A DNA stretch of 64,000 nucleotides from Elusimicrobia bacterium GWA2_62_23 (GCA_001799635.1 MGTV01000029.1:1309-65308); one strand, 5' to 3'. Counted from the first letter of the stretch, positions 1-7,116 are shown. Notes: generated by a model from the sequence alone, not told the origin. Numbers and translations are program-made.

Positions 1-90
1 AAATTTTTCTTTTTGCCGGGCAGGATATTCTAACAAAGAAATGCCAGGGAATCGGGGCAAACTTTTGAAGTAACTAGGAACTACATGGAT

Positions 91-160
91 TTGGGGTCAG
101 GTCTTTACTTTTGACCTTTAGCGAGAGCCGCCGGGGAAGCCCGGCGGTTTGTTTTTGGGG
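91..160 (+). repeat. Copy 1 of a ~70 nt intergenic repeat (GGGGTCAGGTCTTTACTTTTGACC module plus terminator hairpin)
   Basis: Near-identical to 981-1050 and partly to 585-612. Contains GGTCA-N12-TGACC, then the stem CCGCCGGG/CCCGGCGG (128-147, loop GAAG) and a T-tract (148-156). Confidence 0.7.
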
Positions 161-286
161 CGACACTACGCTGGCCGCCTGAAGAGCATAGCTCTTGATG
201 CGGCAGGGCCATAGGCCACTCGGGATGGCCTGCTAGGCTATATATACTGCGGGGGGATGTGGTCGGATATGATACATATAAAAGTA

Positions 287-315
287 TTGACAAATAGCCA
301 TATGCGGGGTAGACT
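287..315 (+). promoter_or_regulatory. Sigma70-like promoter (TTGACA-17 nt-TAGACT) for the 349-582 gene
   Basis: TTGACA at 287-292, exact 17-nt spacer, TAGACT at 310-315. GAGG at 341-344 precedes the ATG at 349. Confidence 0.5.
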
Positions 316-348
316 ATATGAAAGACGTGCGGAAAGGGGCGAGGTATT

Positions 349-582
349 ATGAAAAAGACAAAGGATGAAGATAAGCCGGTGGGGAAACTGACCCGGGTGG
401 ATGACTTTCTTCCGCCCCCGGGCGCGTTGGCCATGCCTGAGGACACCATAAAGGTGACCCTGTCTCTCAGCCGCTCCAGCGTGAACTTCTTCAAAGAGCA
501 GGCGCGCCGCAACCACACCAAGTACCAGCGCATGATACGCAGCCTGGTGGATACCTACACGGCCCATTACCTGCACCATTAG
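349..582 (+). CDS. Small ribbon-helix-helix/CopG-type antitoxin (BrnA-like), no adjacent toxin
   Basis: 77 aa. The LPPPGALAMPEDTIKVTLSLSRSSVNFFKEQARRNHTKYQRMIRSLVDTY pattern matches antitoxins of the BrnA/CopG class from memory. Has its own promoter and SD. Confidence 0.5.
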   Translation: MKKTKDEDKPVGKLTRVDDFLPPPGALAMPEDTIKVTLSLSRSSVNFFKEQARRNHTKYQRMIRSLVDTYTAHYLHH

Positions 583-584
583 TC

Positions 585-612
585 TTGGGGTCAGGTCTTT
601 ACTTTGACATTA
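585..612 (+). repeat. Copy 2 (5' module only) of the intergenic repeat
   Basis: CTTGGGGTCAGGTCTTTACTTTGAC matches the 5' half of copies 1 and 3. The terminator hairpin half is absent. Confidence 0.55.
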
Positions 613-674
613 TAAGAGAGAAGGTAATTCGTTAAACTGAAAGTCAGTTGGCGGTAATGCGTAAGGAGGGATGT

Positions 675-968
675 ATGCCACAAAACCATTTAGGCAGGAA
701 TGAGCCCTGCCACTGCGGCAGCGGCAAAAAATATAAGAATTGCCATTACTCCGAGGATAGGGGAAAACAGACGGAGGTGTTGAACACCACCGACAATGAG
801 CAGATCTCTCCAAGGCATAAGCAATTCCTCGGACTGCCCGCGCTGCCTCCGCAGTTTTCTGGTGCCGGTACCGCCCAGGGGATAAAGAAAGCCTATGCCC
901 TGTGGCTTGTGATATCGCTGTTCTCTTTGGCGGCGCTGCTGATCGTTCTTTTCATCTACAGAGGCTGA
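675..968 (+). CDS. SEC-C motif protein with a C-terminal transmembrane anchor
   Basis: CHCGSGKKYKNCH is the SecA C-terminal type metal-binding motif. Hydrophobic tail AYALWLVISLFSLAALLIVLFIY. AAGGAGG at 663-669 favours the ATG at 675 over upstream in-frame starts at 648 and 657. Confidence 0.6.
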   Translation: MPQNHLGRNEPCHCGSGKKYKNCHYSEDRGKQTEVLNTTDNEQISPRHKQFLGLPALPPQFSGAGTAQGIKKAYALWLVISLFSLAALLIVLFIYRG

Positions 969-980
969 CAGAACGCGGAT

Positions 981-1050
981 TAGGGGTCAGGTACTTATTT
1001 TGACCTTTAATGCGAGCCGCCGGGGAAGCCCGGCGGTTTTGTTTTTTGGG
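981..1050 (+). repeat. Copy 3 of the ~70 nt intergenic repeat, including an intrinsic terminator
   Basis: About 90 percent identical by eye to 91-160. Stem CCGCCGGG/CCCGGCGG at 1017-1036 followed by TTTTGTTTTTT. Confidence 0.7.
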
Positions 1051-1059
1051 GGGTGTTGG

Positions 1060-1186
1060 GGTCGGCCGGGGGGATGCCTCTGAGAACCAGTTGGGGAGGG
1101 GAGGCTCCGCCGCCGAAGGCGGTGGAGGGGAACCGCGCAACGGTTCCCTGCAGTCCTGGTTCGCGGAGGCATCCCCCCGGACGGCC
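1060..1186. other. Multi-stem structured element (candidate cis-regulatory RNA, sRNA or repeat)
   Basis: Perfect 15-bp long-range pairing CCGGGGGGATGCCTC (1066-1080) with GAGGCATCCCCCCGG (1166-1180), extendable to 1060/1186. Inner stem GAACCAG (1084-1090)/CTGGTTC (1156-1162). Hairpins at 1105-1127 and 1128-1148. Confidence 0.35.
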
Positions 1187-1213
1187 ACTTGGCTATGGGG
1201 GGGGCTGATTAGT

Positions 1214-1219
1214 TACAAT
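1214..1219 (+). promoter_or_regulatory. -10-like box TACAAT 7 nt upstream of the ATG at 1227 (possible leaderless start)
   Basis: TACAAT at 1214-1219. No SD between it and the start codon. Confidence 0.25.
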
Positions 1220-1226
1220 TATTGGG

Positions 1227-1988
1227 ATGTTCATACTGAAGAAGATTCTGGTGGCGTTTTTGCTGCCGCCGGGGACAATGGTGGTGGCTTTTTTGCTGCT
1301 GGCTTTCTACCTGCGGCGCAAGGAGCGGCTGGCCGCGCTGTTCTGCCTGGCCATGGCTGCCTTCACCTGGATAGGCACCACGCACGCCTTCGCGGACCTG
1401 TCCCTGCGCCCGCTGGAGAGCGCTTACACCCGCCCCGAAAAACCGCAGGGCGACGTTATAGTAATGCTCTGCGCGGGCTCGCGCGACTGGACCAATGTGC
1501 TGTCCGCAGCCGAGAACCTCTATCCCCACACCCTCGAGCGGGCCGCAGCCGCCGCCCTGCTCCATAAGAAGACCGGCCTGCCCATTATCATCACCGGCGG
1601 CTCGCCGTTCAGCGCCTATCCCGAGGCCGAGGCCGTGGCCCGCTGGCTGGAAGAAGCCGGCGTGCCGCGCAAGGCGCTCCTGACCGAGCCCGCCGCCCGC
1701 GACACTATCGAAAGCGCCGCCAATGTAAAGAAACTCTGCGACGAAAAGGGCTACAAGAAGATCCTGCTGCTCACCTTCGCCTACCACATGCCCCGCTCTG
1801 TTTTTCTCTTCAAAAAAGCCGGCTTCACCGACCTGGTGCCGTTCCCGGTTGCCCGCAGGGCCATGCCCGGAGCCAAACGCGATATCACCGATTACCTGCC
1901 CGGCAGCAGCCTGGAAGCCCGCGCGGCGCTCAACGAACGCCTGGGCCTGCTGGTTTACCGGCTGCGCTTCGGCGGCGATAAGAATTAA
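1227..1988 (+). CDS. DUF218/YdcF-family membrane-associated protein
   Basis: N-terminal TM segments. The GGSPFSAYPEAEAVARWL...ARDTIESAANV...LLLTFAYHMPRS pattern is typical of the YdcF/ElyC/SanA (DUF218) family. Confidence 0.6.
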   Translation: MFILKKILVAFLLPPGTMVVAFLLLAFYLRRKERLAALFCLAMAAFTWIGTTHAFADLSLRPLESAYTRPEKPQGDVIVMLCAGSRDWTNVLSAAENLYPHTLERAAAAALLHKKTGLPIIITGGSPFSAYPEAEAVARWLEEAGVPRKALLTEPAARDTIESAANVKKLCDEKGYKKILLLTFAYHMPRSVFLFKKAGFTDLVPFPVARRAMPGAKRDITDYLPGSSLEARAALNERLGLLVYRLRFGGDKN

Positions 1989-1991
1989 CCC

Positions 1992-4481
1992 ATGGAAAGC
2001 ATAGTCTTCTTCGGCAAAGGCGGCATAGGCAAGAGCACGGTGGCGTCCAACGTGTCGGCCATCCTCGCCGCGCGCGGCCGCAAGGTGCTGCACGTGGGCT
2101 GCGACCCCAAAGGCGATTCCACCCTGGCGCTCACCGGCCGCCGCGTAAAGCACTTCGCCGACGGCGGCGTGTTCGCGGGCGAGCAGGCCCTGCGCGCCAG
2201 CATCCATCCCTCGCTTTTCAAGAACATCAACTGCGTGGAAGCCGGCGGCCCGCAGGCCGGCGTGGGCTGCGCCGGCGCCGGCATAGGCGCCATGCTGGAC
2301 ATCATGAAGGAATTCTCCGTGCTGGAGAAGGACGGCTACGACGCCGTGGTGTTCGACGTGCTGGGCGACGTGGTGTGCGGCGGCTTCGCGGCCCCGTTGC
2401 GCCGCGGGCTCGCTGGCAAGGCAGTTATAGTGGTGTCCGAAGAGATGCTCTCACTTTACGCCGCCAATAAACTGGTGGCCATGGTGAACAATTACGCCCG
2501 CAACGGCGTGTGGCTGGCCGGCCTGGCCGTGAACGCCAAGGACCAGGCGGCCGTGCGCCTGGCGCAGGCCTTTGCCGCGGCCGCCCGTACGCGTGTGCTG
2601 GGCATGATCCCCCGCGACCCGGCCGTGGCGCGCGCCGAGAAAATGCACCGCCCCGTGACGGTGACGGATGCCCGCAGCCCCGCCGCGGCCGCCATGGTGC
2701 GCCTGGCGGCGGCCATACAGAACGCGAAAAAGCCGGAAGTCTCCCCGCGGCCCCTCTCGGACCAGGAATTCCAGGAACTCTTTACCGGCCGGCCCGCGGA
2801 GACGGCGCTGGCTGGCGTTTCGCGCGGAGACCGGGTGCCGCCGGCCGAGCGGCTGCGCCGTGCCGGCTTTACCGTTACCGGCATAGCCGGCGGCCAGGCG
2901 CTGGCCTCGTGGCGCTCCGGCCAGCTGGTCTTCAACGTGATAATTTCTTCCGCATCGGACGCCCGGCCCGGCATGACCCGCTCCGGCGACTGGGCGGTCT
3001 GCTTCGCCCCGGACGCCGGCCCGGAGTCCTCGGCCCGCAGGGGCGCGCTGGACGCGGCGGCCGCCGGGCTCTCGGGCGTCACCTTCGACGATTTCTTCAG
3101 CGCTTTCGGCGGCGGCACCGATTTCTACCGCAATATAAACGCTTTCGAGGAACTGGCCAGCCATTCCCTGCCCGGAGGCGGCGCCCCGCGCGAGCCGCAT
3201 GTGGGCTTTGGCCAGTGGCATCGTTTCGTCTTTCCCGGAGCTCAGACCATTTCCGTTCCTCCCGGCGTGGCGCTGGTGGAGCACGGCGAGGCCGAGTGCC
3301 GTTTTTCCAGCGCGGCCCGCACGCCGCTGAGCGCCCTGCAGCGTTCCGCCGCCGGCCTGGCCGGCAGCGGGCTGGAGCCGGTGTGCCCCGGTCTGCCCAA
3401 AGAGGACGCGAACGCCGTTAATACCGGGTTCACCTATGCCGACGCCGTGCTGGGCGACGGACCTAAGGTGGAAGCCGCGCTGGGCGCCGCCGCCAGGATG
3501 ACCGGCAAGGGCGGCCTGGTGGAACTCTACAACACCTGCTCGCCCATGCTGCTGGCCACCGACCTGAAGGCCCACGCCGGCCGGGTGGCCGCGGCCGAGG
3601 GTGTGAAGATCTCCCGCTACAATCTCAATAGTTTTTACCTGGGCGTGCCGGAAAAAACAGCGGCGCGGGCCGCCTATGCCGCCTCGCGGCTGAAGGCCAT
3701 GAAGCGCCGCCGGGCCTGGGATGTGAACCTCTGCGGTTTCGGCGCTTCCCGCGGTGCGCTGGAGGCGCTGCTTAAAAGCGCCGGCCTGTCCGCCGCGCCG
3801 GAAGCCGGGGATTTTTACGCCACCGCCGCCGGTTCCGCTCTACAGGTGCTGCCGGAGCCGGACCCGGTGCTGGAGAAAGGTTTTGCCGCGGCCGGTTACG
3901 GATACGTAGTGCCGCCGGCGCCTTACGGCCTGGCCGCCAGCGGGGCCTGGTTGAAAGCGGTAACCGCCGCGCTCGGCCGCAGGAAGAGCGCCGCGCTTCC
4001 CAAAGCCGCCTTGGACCAATACGATGTCCTCTCCAAAAAGCTGGCCCGTTTCGCCGTGGCTTTTGTGGGGCAGGCCGGGGAACTGGGCTGCCTGCGCGGG
4101 GCGCACCCGCGCTGCGGCGTGCCGGCGCTGGACTTCCTGGCCGAGGCGGGCATGAAACTGCGCCTGCTGGTTTACGCGCCCGCGCCCGAAGCGCGCGCCG
4201 CCGCCGCCGCGGAGGTCAAGCGGCTTCCCGCCGGGATAAGCCGGCGCGTTTCGCTGGCTTTTTTCTCGTCCCCGGAAGAACTGAACGAACTGCTGAAGAA
4301 AGACAAGGCCCTGCGGCTAGTCTATTCGGACATCCCCATGGATCCCCGCGCGGCCGCGGCCGGTAAGACCGCCCTGTCGCCGCTGGTGTTCGAACCGGGT
4401 TACGAAGGCGCCGCCGAGACGCTGCGCCGTTTGGAAGCGCTGTGCCGCTGGAATTTCAATGAAAGATACCCGTCCCGCTAA
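1992..4481 (+). CDS. Nitrogenase-like fusion protein: NifH/BchL-type Fe-protein ATPase (aa 1-265) + unassigned insert + NifD/E/BchN-like component-1 domain
   Basis: P-loop GKGGIGKST, switch I CDPKGDST, and the 4Fe-4S ligand contexts GVGCAGAG and LGDVVCGGFA. The ORF continues without a stop into HGEAEC, PVCPG and NTCSPMLLATDL motifs plus VNLCGFG, resembling the Oxidored_nitro family. Confidence 0.8.
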   Translation: MESIVFFGKGGIGKSTVASNVSAILAARGRKVLHVGCDPKGDSTLALTGRRVKHFADGGVFAGEQALRASIHPSLFKNINCVEAGGPQAGVGCAGAGIGAMLDIMKEFSVLEKDGYDAVVFDVLGDVVCGGFAAPLRRGLAGKAVIVVSEEMLSLYAANKLVAMVNNYARNGVWLAGLAVNAKDQAAVRLAQAFAAAARTRVLGMIPRDPAVARAEKMHRPVTVTDARSPAAAAMVRLAAAIQNAKKPEVSPRPLSDQEFQELFTGRPAETALAGVSRGDRVPPAERLRRAGFTVTGIAGGQALASWRSGQLVFNVIISSASDARPGMTRSGDWAVCFAPDAGPESSARRGALDAAAAGLSGVTFDDFFSAFGGGTDFYRNINAFEELASHSLPGGGAPREPHVGFGQWHRFVFPGAQTISVPPGVALVEHGEAECRFSSAARTPLSALQRSAAGLAGSGLEPVCPGLPKEDANAVNTGFTYADAVLGDGPKVEAALGAAARMTGKGGLVELYNTCSPMLLATDLKAHAGRVAAAEGVKISRYNLNSFYLGVPEKTAARAAYAASRLKAMKRRRAWDVNLCGFGASRGALEALLKSAGLSAAPEAGDFYATAAGSALQVLPEPDPVLEKGFAAAGYGYVVPPAPYGLAASGAWLKAVTAALGRRKSAALPKAALDQYDVLSKKLARFAVAFVGQAGELGCLRGAHPRCGVPALDFLAEAGMKLRLLVYAPAPEARAAAAAEVKRLPAGISRRVSLAFFSSPEELNELLKKDKALRLVYSDIPMDPRAAAAGKTALSPLVFEPGYEGAAETLRRLEALCRWNFNERYPSR

Positions 4482-5775
4482 GGTCTTCGACAAGTCCTAC
4501 TCCATGCCCTACCTCATGGGGTATTTCCTCGCGGCCAACGCGGTGAAGGACCTGTGCGCCGTGGTGGACGGCGCCAACTGCGTGATGCAGAAAGTGGACC
4601 TGCTGGAAGGCAATCACGACCTGTTCTGTACCCTGCTCTCGCCGGACGGGCGGCACCGCGCCGTCTGCACCATGGTGAATCCTCTGAACCCGGACAAGAA
4701 CCCGGAGAAGAAGCTTTCCGCCCTGCTCAGGAGTCTGGCCGCCCACGGCGGTTACGGCGCGGTCACCGTTACCAGCCTGCCCTTCTGCCGCATGGCCGGC
4801 ATGGACTACGCCGGCATAGCCGGGGCCGTGCAGGGTAAAACCCCGGTGGCCGCCCTGCCGCCCATGCCACCGGAGGCGGACTGGCTGGATGGTTATGCCG
4901 ACACGCTCTATACGCTGGCCCGGTCCCTGCCGCTGGCCGGGAAGAAGGGGCGGCTCAAAGCGGCGGTAGTGGGCTACATGTTCGACCGCAATGAATTCGA
5001 CCACCTGGGCAATTTGAAGGAATTGAAGCGACTGCTGGGGCTGGCCGGGCTGGACCTGGTGTCGGTCTGGCCTTCCGGCGGCGGCTGCGCCGAACTTTCC
5101 CGCGCCGGCGAGGCCGGGCTGATAATTTCCCTGCCTTACGGCCGCAAGGCCGCCCGCACGCTGGCCGCGCGCACCGGGGCGAAACTGCTGGAGACCGGCC
5201 TGCCGCTGGGCCTTGGCGCCACATCGGCATGGCTAGCCGCCGCGCGCTCGGCGGCCGGCCTGAAAGGCCCCCTGCCCGCCGCCCTACACGCCGAGGAGGC
5301 CGCCGCGGCCGCCCTGCTGCGCCCCGCCCTGCGGCTGCTGCAGAACAGGAACATCGTTTTCTGCGGCGATCCCTGGCTTTACGGGGCGGTGGCCGCCTTC
5401 GCCGGCGAGCTCTGCTCGGAAGTCTCGGCCGCTTTTTTCAACTGCGCCCCCAGGCAGCTGGGGCCCGCGCCCAAGCCCGGAGCCCTGCTGTTCGCCCCGG
5501 CGCCCGACGACGCGGCCGCGGCGCTGCTGGCCCTGGGGCGCTACCGCCGCCCGGACCTGGCCGTGGCCGATTCTTTCGCCTGGCAGCAGGGGCTGACGGG
5601 GGGGGCGCCGCTGGCGGAGCTGGGGTTCCCTTCCTACGCCCGCCACTGCCTGGCCGACGAGCCTTTCCTCGGCTACGCCGGCGCCGCGCGCCTGGCCGCC
5701 CGCCTGGTGAACGCCCTGCAGGGCGGCCGCGGCTGCCCCCCCTTACAGGAAGGGCTTAAAAAAGGTAGAATATAG
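4459..5775 (+). CDS. Nitrogenase component-1-like protein (NifK/NifN/BchB-like partner)
   Basis: VVDGANC, LFCTLL, AVCTMV and SLPFCRMAGMDY motifs; KAAVVGYMF...LGNLKELKRLLGLAGLDLV resembles Oxidored_nitro family architecture. Overlaps the upstream gene by 23 nt. Confidence 0.65.
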   Translation: MKDTRPAKVFDKSYSMPYLMGYFLAANAVKDLCAVVDGANCVMQKVDLLEGNHDLFCTLLSPDGRHRAVCTMVNPLNPDKNPEKKLSALLRSLAAHGGYGAVTVTSLPFCRMAGMDYAGIAGAVQGKTPVAALPPMPPEADWLDGYADTLYTLARSLPLAGKKGRLKAAVVGYMFDRNEFDHLGNLKELKRLLGLAGLDLVSVWPSGGGCAELSRAGEAGLIISLPYGRKAARTLAARTGAKLLETGLPLGLGATSAWLAAARSAAGLKGPLPAALHAEEAAAAALLRPALRLLQNRNIVFCGDPWLYGAVAAFAGELCSEVSAAFFNCAPRQLGPAPKPGALLFAPAPDDAAAALLALGRYRRPDLAVADSFAWQQGLTGGAPLAELGFPSYARHCLADEPFLGYAGAARLAARLVNALQGGRGCPPLQEGLKKGRI

Positions 5776-5781
5776 CTATGA

Positions 5782-5800
5782 CGGGGCCTTGAAGGCCCCG
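5782..5800 (+). terminator. GC hairpin between the nitrogenase-like module and infC (terminator or processing/regulatory site, no U-tract)
   Basis: CGGGGCC-TTGAA-GGCCCCG. Confidence 0.3.
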
Positions 5801-5829
5801 CCGGTCGTCTAAGCCACAGGAGGCTAGTT

Positions 5830-6402
5830 TTGTACCACGATAAGAGAATCAGGGTTAACAGGAACGTTACGGCCCCGCAGGTGCGTCTCATCGACATGCA
5901 CGGGACCATGCTGGGCATAAAGCCCCTCATAGAGGCCGTCAATATGGCCAAGGGCGCCGGGCTCGACCTCGTCGAGATCTCCCCGGACGCCAACCCGCCC
6001 GTCTGCAAGGTGATGGACTTTTCCAAATTCCTTTACGAGAAGGAAAAGCAGGACCGCGAGAACCGCAAGAAGCAGAAGGCCGGCGTGCTCAAGGAAATAC
6101 GCCTTAACCCGCGCATAGCTTCCCACGACCTGCAGACCAAGGTCAAACATATAGAAGAATTCCTGAAGGAACACAACAAGGTGCGCGTCACCGTGGTGTT
6201 CCGCGGCCGCGAGAACCAGCACCGCAACCTCGGCGAAGAGATCCTGATGGCCATAAAGGACAACCTGTCCGCAGTAGGCGTGGTGGAAGGCCGCCCGTCC
6301 ATGATGGGCAACCGCATGAGCATCATGCTGGCCCCGGCCCATGTCCAGGCGAAGCCCGCCGCCAAGCCGGCGCCCAAGCCTGAGCAGGCCCCGGGAGCCT
6401 GA
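5830..6402 (+). CDS. infC: Translation initiation factor IF-3
   Basis: KRIRVNRNVTAPQVRLID...GLDLVEISPDANPPVCKVMDF is typical IF3. TTG start 6 nt after AGGAGG (5818-5823). Confidence 0.9.
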   Translation: MYHDKRIRVNRNVTAPQVRLIDMHGTMLGIKPLIEAVNMAKGAGLDLVEISPDANPPVCKVMDFSKFLYEKEKQDRENRKKQKAGVLKEIRLNPRIASHDLQTKVKHIEEFLKEHNKVRVTVVFRGRENQHRNLGEEILMAIKDNLSAVGVVEGRPSMMGNRMSIMLAPAHVQAKPAAKPAPKPEQAPGA

Positions 6403-6464
6403 CCTTTTCAAGGCAGCCCCGAAATTTATATAATAGACAGACTTACTTAGAGAGAGATAATACT

Positions 6465-6668
6465 ATGCCTAAAATGAAATCCCACAGCGGAGCCAAGAAA
6501 AGATTTAAGAAGACCGTCTCGGGCAAGTGGCTGCACCGGAAGTCCGGCCTGCGCCATCTGCTCACCGGGATGTCGGCCAAGCGCGGGCGCAATCTGCGCA
6601 CCGCCAAGGTGGAGGAGAAGAACTCCGCCGAGGCCCATGTCCTGCGCCAGGCCCTGCCGTACGGTTAA
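6465..6668 (+). CDS. rpmI: 50S ribosomal protein L35
   Basis: MPKMKSHSGAKKRFKKT... Canonical position between infC and rplT. Confidence 0.9.
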   Translation: MPKMKSHSGAKKRFKKTVSGKWLHRKSGLRHLLTGMSAKRGRNLRTAKVEEKNSAEAHVLRQALPYG

Positions 6669-6723
6669 TAACAATAAAAGGAGCCGCTCCCGACGGTAAA
6701 AGCCTCGGAACGGAAGTAGCGCC

Positions 6724-7107
6724 ATGAGAATAAAATACAGCGTAGCTCGCAACAAACGTAAGAAAAGGATTTTAAAGCTCTCCAAGGGCTATTACGGCAA
6801 TAAGGGCAACCGCCTGCGCCAGGCGACCCAGCAGGTCAAGAAGTCCCTGACCACCGCCTATATCCACCGCCGCGACAAGAAGGGCGACATCCGCCAGCTG
6901 TGGATAGTGCGCCTCAACGCCGCCGCCCGCGAAGAGGGAATGTCCTACAGCCGGTTCATGGACGGTCTGCACAAGGCCAACATCGCCCTGAACCGCAAGA
7001 TGCTCTCCGAGATAGCCATCCGCGACCCGCAGTCCTTCAAGCAGCTGGCCGAGATCTCCAGGAAAGCCATCGGTACGATCAAGAAAGTGGTCGGCACCGA
7101 GAAATAA
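6724..7107 (+). CDS. rplT: 50S ribosomal protein L20
   Basis: MRIKYSVARNKRKKRILKLSKGYYG...IALNRKMLSEIA. Confidence 0.95.
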   Translation: MRIKYSVARNKRKKRILKLSKGYYGNKGNRLRQATQQVKKSLTTAYIHRRDKKGDIRQLWIVRLNAAAREEGMSYSRFMDGLHKANIALNRKMLSEIAIRDPQSFKQLAEISRKAIGTIKKVVGTEK

Positions 7108-7116
7108 GGACTCGCC

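Noticed and set aside
161-286. Possible tRNA or tRNA fragment at the left-edge island (as an integration site)
   Set aside because: There is no cloverleaf. It lacks a GTTCRANYC T-loop and an acceptor/CCA context; only a short hairpin (AGGCCA...TGGCCT) is present.
88-1051. Integron gene-cassette array with attC sites
   Set aside because: The repeats lack the RYYYAAC...GTTRRRY core sites on either strand. Their 3' half is a plain rho-independent terminator, and no intI integrase or attI is visible in the window.
1010-1567. 185-aa plus-strand ORF spanning the structured element and the start of the DUF218 gene
   Set aside because: It is out of frame with the DUF218 gene, which has proper TM segments and family motifs. 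Its 5' part is the hairpin-rich non-coding element, and the translation is Gly/Arg/Ala-rich with no motif.
1992-5775. Interpretation as a genuine N2-fixing nitrogenase (nifHDK)
   Set aside because: The D-like and K-like parts are far shorter than NifD/NifK. I see no FeMo-co ligand context, no nifB/E/N/V/Q genes, and the H protein is fused. A nitrogenase-like paralog with another substrate is the better call.
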